The notes beneath the pieces are model-generated. The model did not search any database. It saw only the letters and a list, made by a program, of their open reading frames with translations, and was not told where the DNA came from. A program made the translations under genes and the position numbers. A DNA stretch of 64,000 nt from an uncultured Gammaproteobacteria bacterium. Its GTDB lineage: Bacteria > Pseudomonadota > Gammaproteobacteria > SZUA-229. Positions 39,229 through 48,549 of the stretch are shown piece after piece. Numbering within the stretch: position 1 is the first letter of the stretch; each line of letters starts with the position of its first letter. The stretch spans positions 14,546 through 78,545 of the forward strand of contig CAVWXQ010000005.1 in assembly GCA_963759005.1 (NCBI GenBank), in the 5' to 3' direction.

Positions 39229-40092
39229 TCAGAACGGGAATTTATCGAATGAAGTAAATTTGGTAACACCGGGTGGTAACTTACGCATACGTTTTACGCC
39301 TTCGCCTCCTACCCATAGATCCACATTTTCCGGAATAGAATCACGCAATTCGAGCAGGTTACTGCGAATATTTTCATATTGATAAGCGCCGCTGAAAGTT
39401 ACCCCTAAAGCATCCACATTAAAACGATCAACCGCTGAAACGATCTGATCCAGGGGAACTTCACCACCTAGGTTGATCACGCTTACATTACCTGCAGACA
39501 ACAATCCCGAAAACATCAAAAGTCCAAGTGTATGTTCTTCACCAGGCAAGGTTGCGACCAATACACGTGGTTTTTTAGTGATTTTCTGTATGGCGGAAAT
39601 TTCACTATTGAGAAAATGTGTCAGTACTTCTGAAAGCAGGTGCTCTTCAAAATTGTGTAATTGTCCTTTCGCCCAGCGTTCACCAACGGTATACAGCAAC
39701 GGTACTACTGTTTCTGTTATGAATGTCTGCATGCCTTGCTGCTGATAGAGCTGTGACAGTACTGTTTCCAGCTCAGAGCCATCGGTTGTCTGCAACACGG
39801 TCAAAATATGTTCGATTGACTCATGGGTTGAGACAACCGGGTAAAGCTCAGCTTCGACTAAATCCAGGTCTGTATCATTCAGCGCCACCACTTTTCCCGG
39901 GCGTAAGCCCTGATCGAGCAGACGTCGAATACGCTGTAGTCGGCGTAGCTGCCTTTCAGGGTACATGCGCTCGCCTTTATCGTTACGAAGGGGCTCAGGA
40001 AACCCATAGCGACGCTCCCAGACTCGCAGTGTATCGCGAGCTATGCCGCTGTCACGTTCAACTGCACTGATGGATAAATATTCATAATTCAT
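39229..40092 (-). CDS. MerR-family regulator with C-terminal cobalamin-binding domain (CarH/LitR-like)
   Basis: MerR HTH (YLSISAVERDSGIARDTLRVWERRYGFP) plus a B12-binding domain with E-x-H-x-x-G (GEEHTLGL). The start is at MNYEYLSI. Confidence 0.7.
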   Translation of the reverse strand: MNYEYLSISAVERDSGIARDTLRVWERRYGFPEPLRNDKGERMYPERQLRRLQRIRRLLDQGLRPGKVVALNDTDLDLVEAELYPVVSTHESIEHILTVLQTTDGSELETVLSQLYQQQGMQTFITETVVPLLYTVGERWAKGQLHNFEEHLLSEVLTHFLNSEISAIQKITKKPRVLVATLPGEEHTLGLLMFSGLLSAGNVSVINLGGEVPLDQIVSAVDRFNVDALGVTFSGAYQYENIRSNLLELRDSIPENVDLWVGGEGVKRMRKLPPGVTKFTSFDKFPF

Positions 40093-40250
40093 AGTAACAT
40101 TATAGACAAATATTAAAAAAATAGCAACATTAATGCTATTTGTCCTAGACAAAAGATAAATAATCCATATAATTAACTCATGGGATATCCAAATAGAGCT
40201 GAAATGCCCATCGTTAGAAAATTCAAAAAACCATTTATTGGAGAAAGATA

Positions 40251-40415
40251 ATGAATAATTATGAAGAACATAACCTTGCTATCGAAAAGTTTTATGACAA
40301 GGCCATACTTGCAGCAGAATTAGAAGATATTGAAATTTTGTCCTCCGTAGTTCCTGGAAGTCGACTTCACGAAATAATTCACAATCCGATCGATAGCGGT
40401 ATTGATGAAGGTTAA
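40251..40415 (+). CDS. 54-aa acidic small protein (MNNYEEHNLAIEKFYDKAILAAELEDIEILSSVVPGSRLHEIIHNPIDSGIDEG)
   Basis: GGAGA lies 8 nt upstream and a strong terminator is downstream. It is divergent from the CarH-like gene. Confidence 0.4.
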   Translation: MNNYEEHNLAIEKFYDKAILAAELEDIEILSSVVPGSRLHEIIHNPIDSGIDEG

Positions 40416-40485
40416 TCTCCACAGTTGGGCTCTGGTATAAACATTCAATGTCACTCAGTTACACACATTTTGTTGATAACCTTGA

Positions 40486-40526
40486 GCCCGCCGGAGAGTG
40501 TCCTAGCCCTCTCCGGTGTTTTTTTA
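40486..40526 (+). terminator. Rho-independent terminator (CCGGAGAG...CTCTCCGG + T8)
   Basis: 8-bp GC stem followed by a T-run. Confidence 0.7.
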
Positions 40527-40651
40527 CAGCGATGATTAATAAAAACACTACTTAACAATAGAAAGAGAATCGAACATGTGTCTGTTAATTTATAAAATAT
40601 GATTCATGAAATTGCAGATTTTCACCCTTAAAAATACGGTTACCTATACTG

Positions 40652-41227
40652 ATGAATAGCCTTATAATGAGCACTGGACTAGTCAACAGCGCGATCGCCA
40701 GTGAGATGAATAATGATAATCACATTATAGATGACCGTAGCAACAACGATGTTACGTCGAACCTTGGTAGCAACTGGCAGCTGGTAACTGATAATGTCAT
40801 GGGAGGCCTGTCTCAAGGTGAGTTAATCCTGGATAACTATAAAGGTAGAAACTGTCTGCGTATGCGTGGCAATGTCACGACTGAAAACAATGGTGGATTT
40901 GTGCAGATAGCACTGTCTCTATCGGACCGGGGTGTTTTTGATGCTTCAGCCTATACCGGCATCGAGATAGAAGTCGCTGGTAACAACGAACTTTATAACA
41001 TTCACTTCCGTACCGCTGAACTCTGGTTTCCATGGCAATCATATAGATCTAGTTTTACCGCAGGTAGTGACTGGCAAACATATCGCATAGCTTTTTCAGA
41101 GCTGGAGAAATATAAAACCTTCCATAAGTTTGCGCAGGATGAACTAAAACGCATAGGTCTTGTTGCCATAGGGCGAGAATTTCAGGCAGATCTATGTTTA
41201 GCGGACATCCGATTCTACCGTGATTGA
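40652..41227 (+). CDS. CIA30 (complex I intermediate-associated protein 30)-like domain protein
   Basis: NWQLVTDNVMGGLSQGEL...GNVTTENNGGFVQI matches CIA30. Confidence 0.6.
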   Translation: MNSLIMSTGLVNSAIASEMNNDNHIIDDRSNNDVTSNLGSNWQLVTDNVMGGLSQGELILDNYKGRNCLRMRGNVTTENNGGFVQIALSLSDRGVFDASAYTGIEIEVAGNNELYNIHFRTAELWFPWQSYRSSFTAGSDWQTYRIAFSELEKYKTFHKFAQDELKRIGLVAIGREFQADLCLADIRFYRD

Positions 41228-41260
41228 TTCAGCAATGTCCGCAACGCAGTCAATTCAATC

Positions 41261-42010
41261 ATGAAAGGGTCAGCCGCACTTGTTATCGGTGCCAGTGGCA
41301 GCCTTGGCTCTGCATTGTGTAACAGATGGCAAGAGGATGAAAACATATTCAATGTTTTCGCCGTTAGTAGACAGCTAACAGTAACCCACGATACTGGTCA
41401 GGACGATACAATGGACAGGATACACTGCGATTACAGTGAGGCATCAATTACTGAAGCCTGTGAAAAAATCAAAACATTAATGGATGCAAAAAGCCTGGAC
41501 TCAATAAGCCGGGTATGCATCTGCAATGGTATTTTACATAACGAAAATGTCTGGCCGGAAAAACGCATGGAAGACATCGATATCAGCGCATTACAGGAAG
41601 TCTTTACCATCAATTGCATCGTTCCACTGCTCTGGTTAAAAGCGCTGATCTCACTCGTTAGAGCGCCGTCAGACTGTGTTATCACGGTTTTTAACGCGAG
41701 GATAGGAAGTATCGGTGACAACCGTTCCGGCGGCTGGTACAGCTACCGTGCATCAAAAGCTGCACTAAACATGCTGTTAAAAACCGCAGCAATCGAATAT
41801 GCAAGGCGAGCCAAAAATGTAAAGATTATCTCGTTCCACCCGGGCACAACCGATACAGCCTTATCAAAACCTTTTCAGGCTTCAGTAAAAAAAGAAAACT
41901 TGTTTACCCCCGATTTTGTTGCAGGCCATCTCGTGAATATCATGAATAACCAGACGGTAGACGGCTCATTATCATTCATCGACTGGGAGAATAAATCCAT
42001 TGCCTGGTAA
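41261..42010 (+). CDS. SDR-family oxidoreductase
   Basis: GASGSLGSAL glycine motif and YSYRASKAA catalytic YxxxK. Confidence 0.7.
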   Translation: MKGSAALVIGASGSLGSALCNRWQEDENIFNVFAVSRQLTVTHDTGQDDTMDRIHCDYSEASITEACEKIKTLMDAKSLDSISRVCICNGILHNENVWPEKRMEDIDISALQEVFTINCIVPLLWLKALISLVRAPSDCVITVFNARIGSIGDNRSGGWYSYRASKAALNMLLKTAAIEYARRAKNVKIISFHPGTTDTALSKPFQASVKKENLFTPDFVAGHLVNIMNNQTVDGSLSFIDWENKSIAW

Positions 42011-42437
42011 CGAAACCATTGCTAAAACACTCGGTTATGCCGGGCTAATACCGTTTATCATATTCAGTATCGGAAGCTGGACAGGATTGCCTTATATCAC
42101 TGACAGCATCCAAATATTGATAGCCTATGCAGCAATAATTTTTAGTTTTATGGGCGCGATATATTGGGGTGTTGTAATGTCGAGCAAGGATGATCAAGGT
42201 GGTAAATATTTTATAGCCAGCGTCTTGCCTGCTCTGGTCGGCTGGCTTGCCCTGTTAGTGCCGGTGCTGTTCGCTCTGATTTTTTTACTTGTCGGCTTTA
42301 TCTTACTTTTTGTTTATGACCGTTATGTAGAGAAGTCACTAGGATTACCCAACTGGTATATCCCGTTACGCATGAGACTGACATCAATTGTTACACTATG
42401 TTTAACGGCCGCGCTGCTATCAATTATTTTGCACTAA
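42000..42437 (+). CDS. Small 4-TM membrane protein (DUF3429-like)
   Basis: Hydrophobic. Overlaps neighbours by 11 and 40 nt (operon). Confidence 0.45.
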   Translation: MPGNETIAKTLGYAGLIPFIIFSIGSWTGLPYITDSIQILIAYAAIIFSFMGAIYWGVVMSSKDDQGGKYFIASVLPALVGWLALLVPVLFALIFLLVGFILLFVYDRYVEKSLGLPNWYIPLRMRLTSIVTLCLTAALLSIILH

Positions 42438-43084
42438 CCCCGTTTAACGCCGACAGTTTTAAAAATATTATTAATATGTTGTTAAAAAAAGAAGAGATCG
42501 AGTTGCTGGATAATCGATATCGGGCACTTTTCATAAACGCCTTAAGTGGTTTTAAGAATGCAAACCTGATTGCTACCTGTGATAGCAAAAATAATTCCAA
42601 CCTTGCTATCTTCACCTCTGTCTTTCATATTGGTTCGCATCCGCCCTTACTCGGTATGATCGTGCGACCTCACTCGGTGGCAAGGCATACCCTGGAAAAT
42701 ATACTCGAAACAAAACACTACAGTATCAACCAGGTGAATGAGGCGATCTATCAACAGGCGCATCAAACGTCTGCACGTTATGCCAGACAAAGATCAGAAT
42801 TTGAGGCCGTTGCTCTAACAGAACAATGGCAGCCTGACTTCGCCGCACCGTTCGTAGCAGAAAGTCATATACAACTTGGCATGGAACTGCGGGAACATCA
42901 TCACTTAACAATCAATAACACCGATATGATTATCGGCGAAATAACATACATAAATATTGAAGATGACATTGTCGAAGAAGATGGCTATGTAGCTATCGAA
43001 CGCATCAAGAGTGTTGTCGTCAGCAGTCTGGACAGTTATCACGGTACACATTTATTATCACGCCTGACGTATGCCAAAGCATAA
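42398..43084 (+). CDS. Flavin reductase-like (FMN-binding split barrel) protein
   Basis: NLAIFTSVFHIGSHPPLLGMIVRP matches the flavin-reductase domain core. Confidence 0.5.
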   Translation: MFNGRAAINYFALTPFNADSFKNIINMLLKKEEIELLDNRYRALFINALSGFKNANLIATCDSKNNSNLAIFTSVFHIGSHPPLLGMIVRPHSVARHTLENILETKHYSINQVNEAIYQQAHQTSARYARQRSEFEAVALTEQWQPDFAAPFVAESHIQLGMELREHHHLTINNTDMIIGEITYINIEDDIVEEDGYVAIERIKSVVVSSLDSYHGTHLLSRLTYAKA

Positions 43085-43137
43085 AAAAAGGACCAGAGAG
43101 CATACACTCTTCGACCCTTGTTATCATGGCTGCTAGA

Positions 43138-43431
43138 TCAGACGCAACCAGTTGGTTTTGGTAGACCACCATATTTGGTTATCGGTTTCATCGGGCCAGT
43201 CATCCACATTTTGAATATTTCTTTTTGATCGATGCCTGTATATTTGGCGAATTTTCGGATCGGCGGAACGACAGCGTTATCCTCATAATATTCTCTGGCT
43301 TTGAGTATCTGCTGCCATTTGCTGTCATCGAGATCCACGCCATCGGTCTCAGCCATAGCGCGGCCTATTTCAGGTGACCAGGTGTTCATATCGACAAGAT
43401 AGCCGTCGCCATCACGTTCATAGTTTTGCAT
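43138..43431 (-). CDS. TusE/DsrC-family sulfur-relay protein (single C-terminal Cys; ends GLPKPTGCV)
   Basis: Collinear with DsrC/TusE (EYYE...PPIRKF.K...GGLPKPTGCV). It lacks the second, Cys-A, residue. Confidence 0.75.
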   Translation of the reverse strand: MQNYERDGDGYLVDMNTWSPEIGRAMAETDGVDLDDSKWQQILKAREYYEDNAVVPPIRKFAKYTGIDQKEIFKMWMTGPMKPITKYGGLPKPTGCV

Positions 43432-43764
43432 ATTTATTGCCTCGTAAAGTAATTACTGATGTTTATGGTTAATAATATAATATGGGGACGGAAAGCAAAA
43501 AATCAAGGTGTTACAAAATTATGAGATTCAGATGTAATTTATCAAATATATTTTATAAGTATTTGAATATATTGAAAATAAGCGTCAATACTACACTGAT
43601 GATGAGTATCAAAATGATAAGGATAAAATTTTTTCAGACGCTGTTTCTATACCTATATCACCGGGCAACTTACCAAACCAGTTCAGCGACCAGGGTGCAA
43701 AATCCAGCAACGCACCGATGATTAGTAATAGCACCCCCATTATCATTAGCCATCCAGATCCTGT

Positions 43765-44460
43765 TTATTCGATTGTTTTTGAAATATCTATCATGTCGCC
43801 CTGTTTCATCAACAGTAGATCCCTGATAAATATCCAGTGCCAGGCAAGTCCCGCTAATACCGCAATGTGAAATAACTCGTGTGGCCCAATGATGCCGGAG
43901 ATAACGACAGGTAAGCGCAGGAACTCAAGGCTGGCACCGACTGTATAAGCAAGTGCACCATAGAGCAGAGGTTTGATAATGGCAAATCCGTGAAGTCGAT
44001 GCGTCAAATATGCCGATAAAATACCTAACCAGCCGAGCCCCAGGTAAGCCACCAGCCCCACCCATTCTGCCAGCTCATTAAAGAATATTGATTTCAAGGT
44101 AATGCCGGCAATAGCCAATGACCAGATAACTATTAGAAAACCCCAGCGCCAGAAGCCGGTAAATAAAATGCTATGTACCGGTGTAAAAGTACCGGCGATT
44201 AAAGCAAAGATACCGGCATGATCCAGTCGCTGTAAGACAGCGCGATTAACACCCTGTAAATCCAATAAATGGAAAACACCACTCATGGATAACAAAAAAA
44301 CACCCGAGAGCACAAACACGCCGACAGCAATAGCCCAACCAGTATGGCTGCGAGCCATGTATATCAACTTAATGCCGTATACAAAAAAAACCAGCGCACC
44401 CAGTAAATGACTCATCGAGCTAAATGGTTCGCTAAAACCTGTTATCGAAATTGTATTCAT
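43765..44460 (-). CDS. Hemolysin III / PAQR family membrane protein
   Basis: 7 TM. HlyIII-like His motifs (HLLGA..., HELFH). Confidence 0.7.
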   Translation of the reverse strand: MNTISITGFSEPFSSMSHLLGALVFFVYGIKLIYMARSHTGWAIAVGVFVLSGVFLLSMSGVFHLLDLQGVNRAVLQRLDHAGIFALIAGTFTPVHSILFTGFWRWGFLIVIWSLAIAGITLKSIFFNELAEWVGLVAYLGLGWLGILSAYLTHRLHGFAIIKPLLYGALAYTVGASLEFLRLPVVISGIIGPHELFHIAVLAGLAWHWIFIRDLLLMKQGDMIDISKTIE

Positions 44461-44879
44461 TGTGACTCTGAAGGATAGTGTCGGAAATTGTCCTAACTAG
44501 TAGCGTAAACCATATCCTGACTTCACCAGGCTGTCATCCCGACCAAATCGTTAGCAACGATTGCGAATGTACAAAGCACAGCCCGCTAGCAGGAAGACTG
44601 GAATACAAAACCGGTTTAATTTATACGACACGGGATCTTATACTATGTCCGCATTGTTTCTTTGTTGCACCAATCTGTTACTAAATTATTTATTTTGCAC
44701 AACAATATTGCACGCAAACAGTTCTGGAGAGATAACAATAACAATTCTACTCATAATATTTATCATAACAATCAGTTGCTTACAGAATTATTACTGTAAT
44801 AAAATACAACTGGCATGTTTTATGTATTGTATAACCATGTAATGTATAACGACTAACAATTTACAATGAGGATAGCAAA

Positions 44880-45065
44880 ATGAGCAACAATTACAATACT
44901 TCAGATTTTGTTGGAATGAGCCTTACTGCCAATAATGAACTGGAACCTTACGATTCTCAACTGGAATTACAACAGGTGTCTACATATTCACAGGAATCCC
45001 AAACTGAAATACGTATCGAACATATGTTGCTCAATCACAGTAAATACTACGTTTACTGCGAATAA
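44880..45065 (+). CDS. Hypothetical small acidic protein
   Basis: GAGGA lies 9 nt upstream of the ATG. No similarity recognised. Confidence 0.25.
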   Translation: MSNNYNTSDFVGMSLTANNELEPYDSQLELQQVSTYSQESQTEIRIEHMLLNHSKYYVYCE

Positions 45066-45123
45066 CAAAACACGCATTATATTTCCAATATCTTACTTCG
45101 AGGAGGTATACGAGTAGGTATAC

Positions 45124-45180
45124 TAGTAAAAAAGGGTCGGTGATACATTGATGCTAATAGCTTTCGAAAGTCACCGACCC
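45124..45180 (-). terminator. Minus-strand rho-independent terminator (GGGTCGGTGA...TCACCGACCC + T6)
   Basis: 10-bp stem. A T-run lies on the minus strand. Confidence 0.5.
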
Positions 45181-45289
45181 ATAAATAATGACAATTTCAA
45201 TAACTACAAGAGTAAAAGCTGATTGATGAATTAGAATTTAAGAGAGTGTTCAATTATTATTTTATCCATGCCTCTTCTTCCTGTAGGCG

Positions 45290-45344
45290 TAATTAACACA
45301 ATAGTGTTAAGTTGATTTTTCAGTATTCCTATGAAATATCCGGG
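45290..45344. mobile_element. Solo end fragment of MITE family 2 (TTCCTATGAAATATCCGGG + TTAA)
   Basis: Perfect right-TIR copy plus an internal catagtgttaag block. No partner TIR. Confidence 0.6.
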
Positions 45345-45351
45345 TTAATTC

Positions 45352-45636
45352 TTATTTGCGGTGAATCCTTTCTATTCGACATTCCATCGAGCCAAATAAC
45401 CAGCTTGAAATGATAGTAACCAGTATCAGCACTGCAACACTCGCCATAATCGCAACTATAAAGATCATAATGAACCCTACTGACAGTGTCACGGCAACAC
45501 CAATTATTGGCAGCAGAATAAATATAACGATGGCCGTGACCAATGCCGCAATAATAATCGCACCAAGTATCAATAAAATTCTTGTAAAAGGATTACATAC
45601 TTCCTTACCGTTAATGATTATTCGTGTATTCATCAT
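45352..45636 (-). CDS. Small 3-TM membrane protein (YqiJ/NfeD-associated?)
   Basis: Hydrophobic. It lies immediately downstream of the NfeD gene. Confidence 0.4.
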   Translation of the reverse strand: MMNTRIIINGKEVCNPFTRILLILGAIIIAALVTAIVIFILLPIIGVAVTLSVGFIMIFIVAIMASVAVLILVTIISSWLFGSMECRIERIHRK

Positions 45637-45642
45637 GAGCTT

Positions 45643-46119
45643 TTACTGTGACAATTTAACCTTGAATACACCCACGTCAACCGAACTAACCGATACCCTT
45701 TGCCCTGCCTGAATGGTGCTTATACCTGCATCCTTATCAATCTCAACTTTCCAGGTAATACCCGAATAATGTGTAGAGCCCGGTTTGTTCACCGCAATAT
45801 CACTTTCCACTACAAACTCATGGCCAATCAGGTCGCTGCTATTGTCTTTTTCTAATGGAGAATCATCCTGTAAATTTTTCAATGGCTTCCACAGCAGTGA
45901 AGTAATAATCCCCGAACTAATACCGGTACAGGAAACGCCCGCAATCCATGTTTCTGGCAGCACAGCAAAACTCATCAATGCCCCGGTCGTTAGTGCACCC
46001 AAACCAGCAAACAAAAAAACACCGGTGGTAAAGCCGGTAACAACTTCAATAGCCAGCATGGCAAAGCCAAGCATCAGCCAGAACTCTGCCTGGTGATTGA
46101 CAATATAATCGGTAATCAT
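45643..46119 (-). CDS. ybbJ: NfeD-family membrane protein (YbbJ-like)
   Basis: N-terminal TM region plus C-terminal OB-fold. It follows the SPFH gene as in E. coli qmcA-ybbJ. Confidence 0.65.
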   Translation of the reverse strand: MITDYIVNHQAEFWLMLGFAMLAIEVVTGFTTGVFLFAGLGALTTGALMSFAVLPETWIAGVSCTGISSGIITSLLWKPLKNLQDDSPLEKDNSSDLIGHEFVVESDIAVNKPGSTHYSGITWKVEIDKDAGISTIQAGQRVSVSSVDVGVFKVKLSQ

Positions 46120-46174
46120 CTTGTCCCCCGTTTTTAGTACTTATCATTGGCCGGCGATTATTGGCCGGCGATTA

Positions 46175-47128
46175 TTAGCTAACTGTTTTATCGCTATTTA
46201 AGGTATTAATAATGGTCATGGCCTCTGCAACCACATTTGCCGCATTACTGTTGCCCTCAGGCAATAACACCACGGTTGAATCTTTGGCGATGGCGTGTTT
46301 TGCCTCGATCGCTTTAGCCGCAAGATCCAGTTGAATCGCTTTTTGACCTTCTATTGTATTAGCAACCTGACCGACTGTATCAAGGGCTTTTGCCTGTGCA
46401 TCGGCAACCGCGATAATAGCCTGCGCCTCACCTTCTGCACGTAATATCTGTTCGGCCTTATCCGCTTCGGCAGCCAGCACCTGAGCCTGTTTGGCACCTT
46501 CAGCCACATTAATAGCCGACTGACGATTACCCTCAGACTCCAGAATAGTGGCTCGCTTTTCACGTTCGGCTTTCATCTGGCGTTCCATCGCATCTAAAAT
46601 AGTACGCGGTGGTTCAATATCCTTAATTTCATAACGCATCACCTGCACACCCCAGGGTTCTGACGCCATATTAATTGCATTTACAATATTTATATTCAGG
46701 CTTTCACGCTCTTCGAATGTTTTATCCAGATCAATTTTACCAATTTCACTACGCATAGTAGTTTGTGCCAACTGGCTGACAGCATACACGTAATTATCAA
46801 CACCGTAAGATGCCTTGTAAGCATCAAGTAATTTCAGATACAGCACACCATCCACCACCAGTGAAATATTATCTTTGGTAATCGCTGCCTGACTGGGCAC
46901 ATCAAAAGCATGTTCTTTTAATGACTGGTCATATGCCACTTTATCAATGAAGGGAAAAAGTACATTCAGGCCGGCAACCATGGTTTTGTTATACTTTCCA
47001 AATCGCTCGACGACAAACGCACGATTCTGCGGCACAAACTTGATCGAGGACTTCACCAGGATAATAATTAATACGGCTAGCCCTGTCCAAAAGTTAAAAA
47101 TCACACCCAACAATTCATCAATACCCAT
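46175..47128 (-). CDS. qmcA: SPFH/band-7 (stomatin-like) protein
   Basis: N-terminal TM, PHB domain, and an Ala/Glu-rich coiled coil. Confidence 0.75.
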   Translation of the reverse strand: MGIDELLGVIFNFWTGLAVLIIILVKSSIKFVPQNRAFVVERFGKYNKTMVAGLNVLFPFIDKVAYDQSLKEHAFDVPSQAAITKDNISLVVDGVLYLKLLDAYKASYGVDNYVYAVSQLAQTTMRSEIGKIDLDKTFEERESLNINIVNAINMASEPWGVQVMRYEIKDIEPPRTILDAMERQMKAEREKRATILESEGNRQSAINVAEGAKQAQVLAAEADKAEQILRAEGEAQAIIAVADAQAKALDTVGQVANTIEGQKAIQLDLAAKAIEAKHAIAKDSTVVLLPEGNSNAANVVAEAMTIINTLNSDKTVS

Positions 47129-47656
47129 GGTTCGTCCTCTTTAATTATTGTTTAGTCAGTGAGAATAGCAGATTGACCACTAAAATACGGCGAAATCGAA
47201 GATAGACCACGAGTTAAATTACAAAAAAGAATAACCGTGATCTTCTTCTGTTGGTTGCTGATGATTATAGGGAAAAAACGGTGGTCTATCATTGATTGTA
47301 TCAATAATGATAAGACTCACGGGCAAGAAAACCTGAAGCCGCATTTTTCGATGTGCGAGATAATGTCTGCATCACTTTAAACGGTATCACTTCAAATGCG
47401 TGATCCTGCTTTATATCCGACATCATACTTAGCCATAAATGCGTCGTCATTTGTGCATCGGCCAGCGCTCTATGGAAGGTACCATCATTGGGCAAGGTTT
47501 TGTATTTAACCAGGGTACCCAGTTTATGATTGGGTGCATCAGGATAAACCCGCCGGGATATCAGCATAGAACAGGCAAACGGCCCATGCTGATTACGCTT
47601 AACACGGTTAAGCTCTGAACCAGGAAAGCGAGAATCAAATGACGCATTGTGTGCTA

Positions 47657-47927
47657 CTTGTACTCTATCAACCTGATAATGACGGGTGCAGTTGGTCTGT
47701 CAACGTTCAGGGTAAGGCACGCCTCGCAGCAAATGGCCTTAGTCCTTTGCAAGAGGTGTAACGATGCCATGGACGTTGACAGACCAACCCTTCGGGCATC
47801 GCTGTGGTGTCTCGCCACTGCGTTACAGCACTTGACAAGGACTATGGCCATTGCCTGCGTACTGTGCCTTGTTGCGAAACACCACAGCGATGCTGCACCC
47901 GTCATTATCAGGATGATAGAGTACTAG
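47657..47927. mobile_element. MITE family 1 copy 3 inserted in-phase (267 bp including the CTAG duplication) in the exonuclease gene
   Basis: Flanks gcta-CTtG[...]CTAG-atta. The ancestral gctaCTAGatta encodes ...YNLVAH.... The element carries a TAA in the gene frame at 47823-25 on the minus strand. Confidence 0.8.
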
Positions 47928-47992
47928 ATTATAATCCTCGATAAAATCAGCAAATGCCAGCATCACTTCCTCACAGGGCGCCGCCTTGTTAA

Positions 47993-48318
47993 GGGCACCT
48001 CTATTAATTGCTTGTGCCCTCTGGCTTTACGACCAGTTCAGAATCAAGACGTGCTTTTGAAGCCATGCCCACAGTTAATACACATGGGCCTGTCGAAAAA
48101 GCGCAACGCAGAGTCTGGGCTGGTCGTAAAGCCCCGTAGGGCGCAGCCTGAAGCATGCATCTGCTCGGCAATTGCTCCTGCATTGCCCTACTACCGTCCT
48201 TCCATGGACATATGCGTTGTGAGCCTTGAGAATGGAATAACCATTCTGCTGCGGCTCACGCCTTGCAGCTACACGCTTCAGGTCACGCAGAGGACATAAG
48301 CAATTAATAGAGGTGCCC
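47993..48318. mobile_element. MITE family 3 (326 bp; 21-bp TIR GGGCACCTCTATTAATTGCTT, TTAA duplication) in the exonuclease gene
   Basis: TTAA lies on both sides (47989-92 and 48319-22). It shares an internal 60-70 bp core (..gcattgccctactaccgt..) with MITE family 2. Confidence 0.7.
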
Positions 48319-48549
48319 TTAAGCATCTTATTGGTAATGCCCGTATAGTTCTCAATGAAGGCACTTATGCGCTTATGAGGATTCATCAACTGTTGAAAAC
48401 GATCAACTAATTCACCGTTCACTAATTTCACCGCACCTATTTCAATGGCACGATCACCGTAATCAGGCGACAGACCTGTGGTTTCAAAATCCAGGACAAT
48501 AACCGTATCGGCAGTTGAATTTATATCAATCATTTTTATATTTTATGAA

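Larger units (their letters stand above)
47301..48533 (-). pseudogene. DnaQ-like (DEDDh) 3'-5' exonuclease interrupted by two different MITEs
   Basis: Exo [10 protein letters not shown] (48500s), Exo II [9 protein letters not shown] (about 47650), Exo III HRALADAQMT (about 47400). Removing 47993-48322 and 47661-47927 restores one continuous frame ...[35 protein letters not shown]... Confidence 0.8.
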
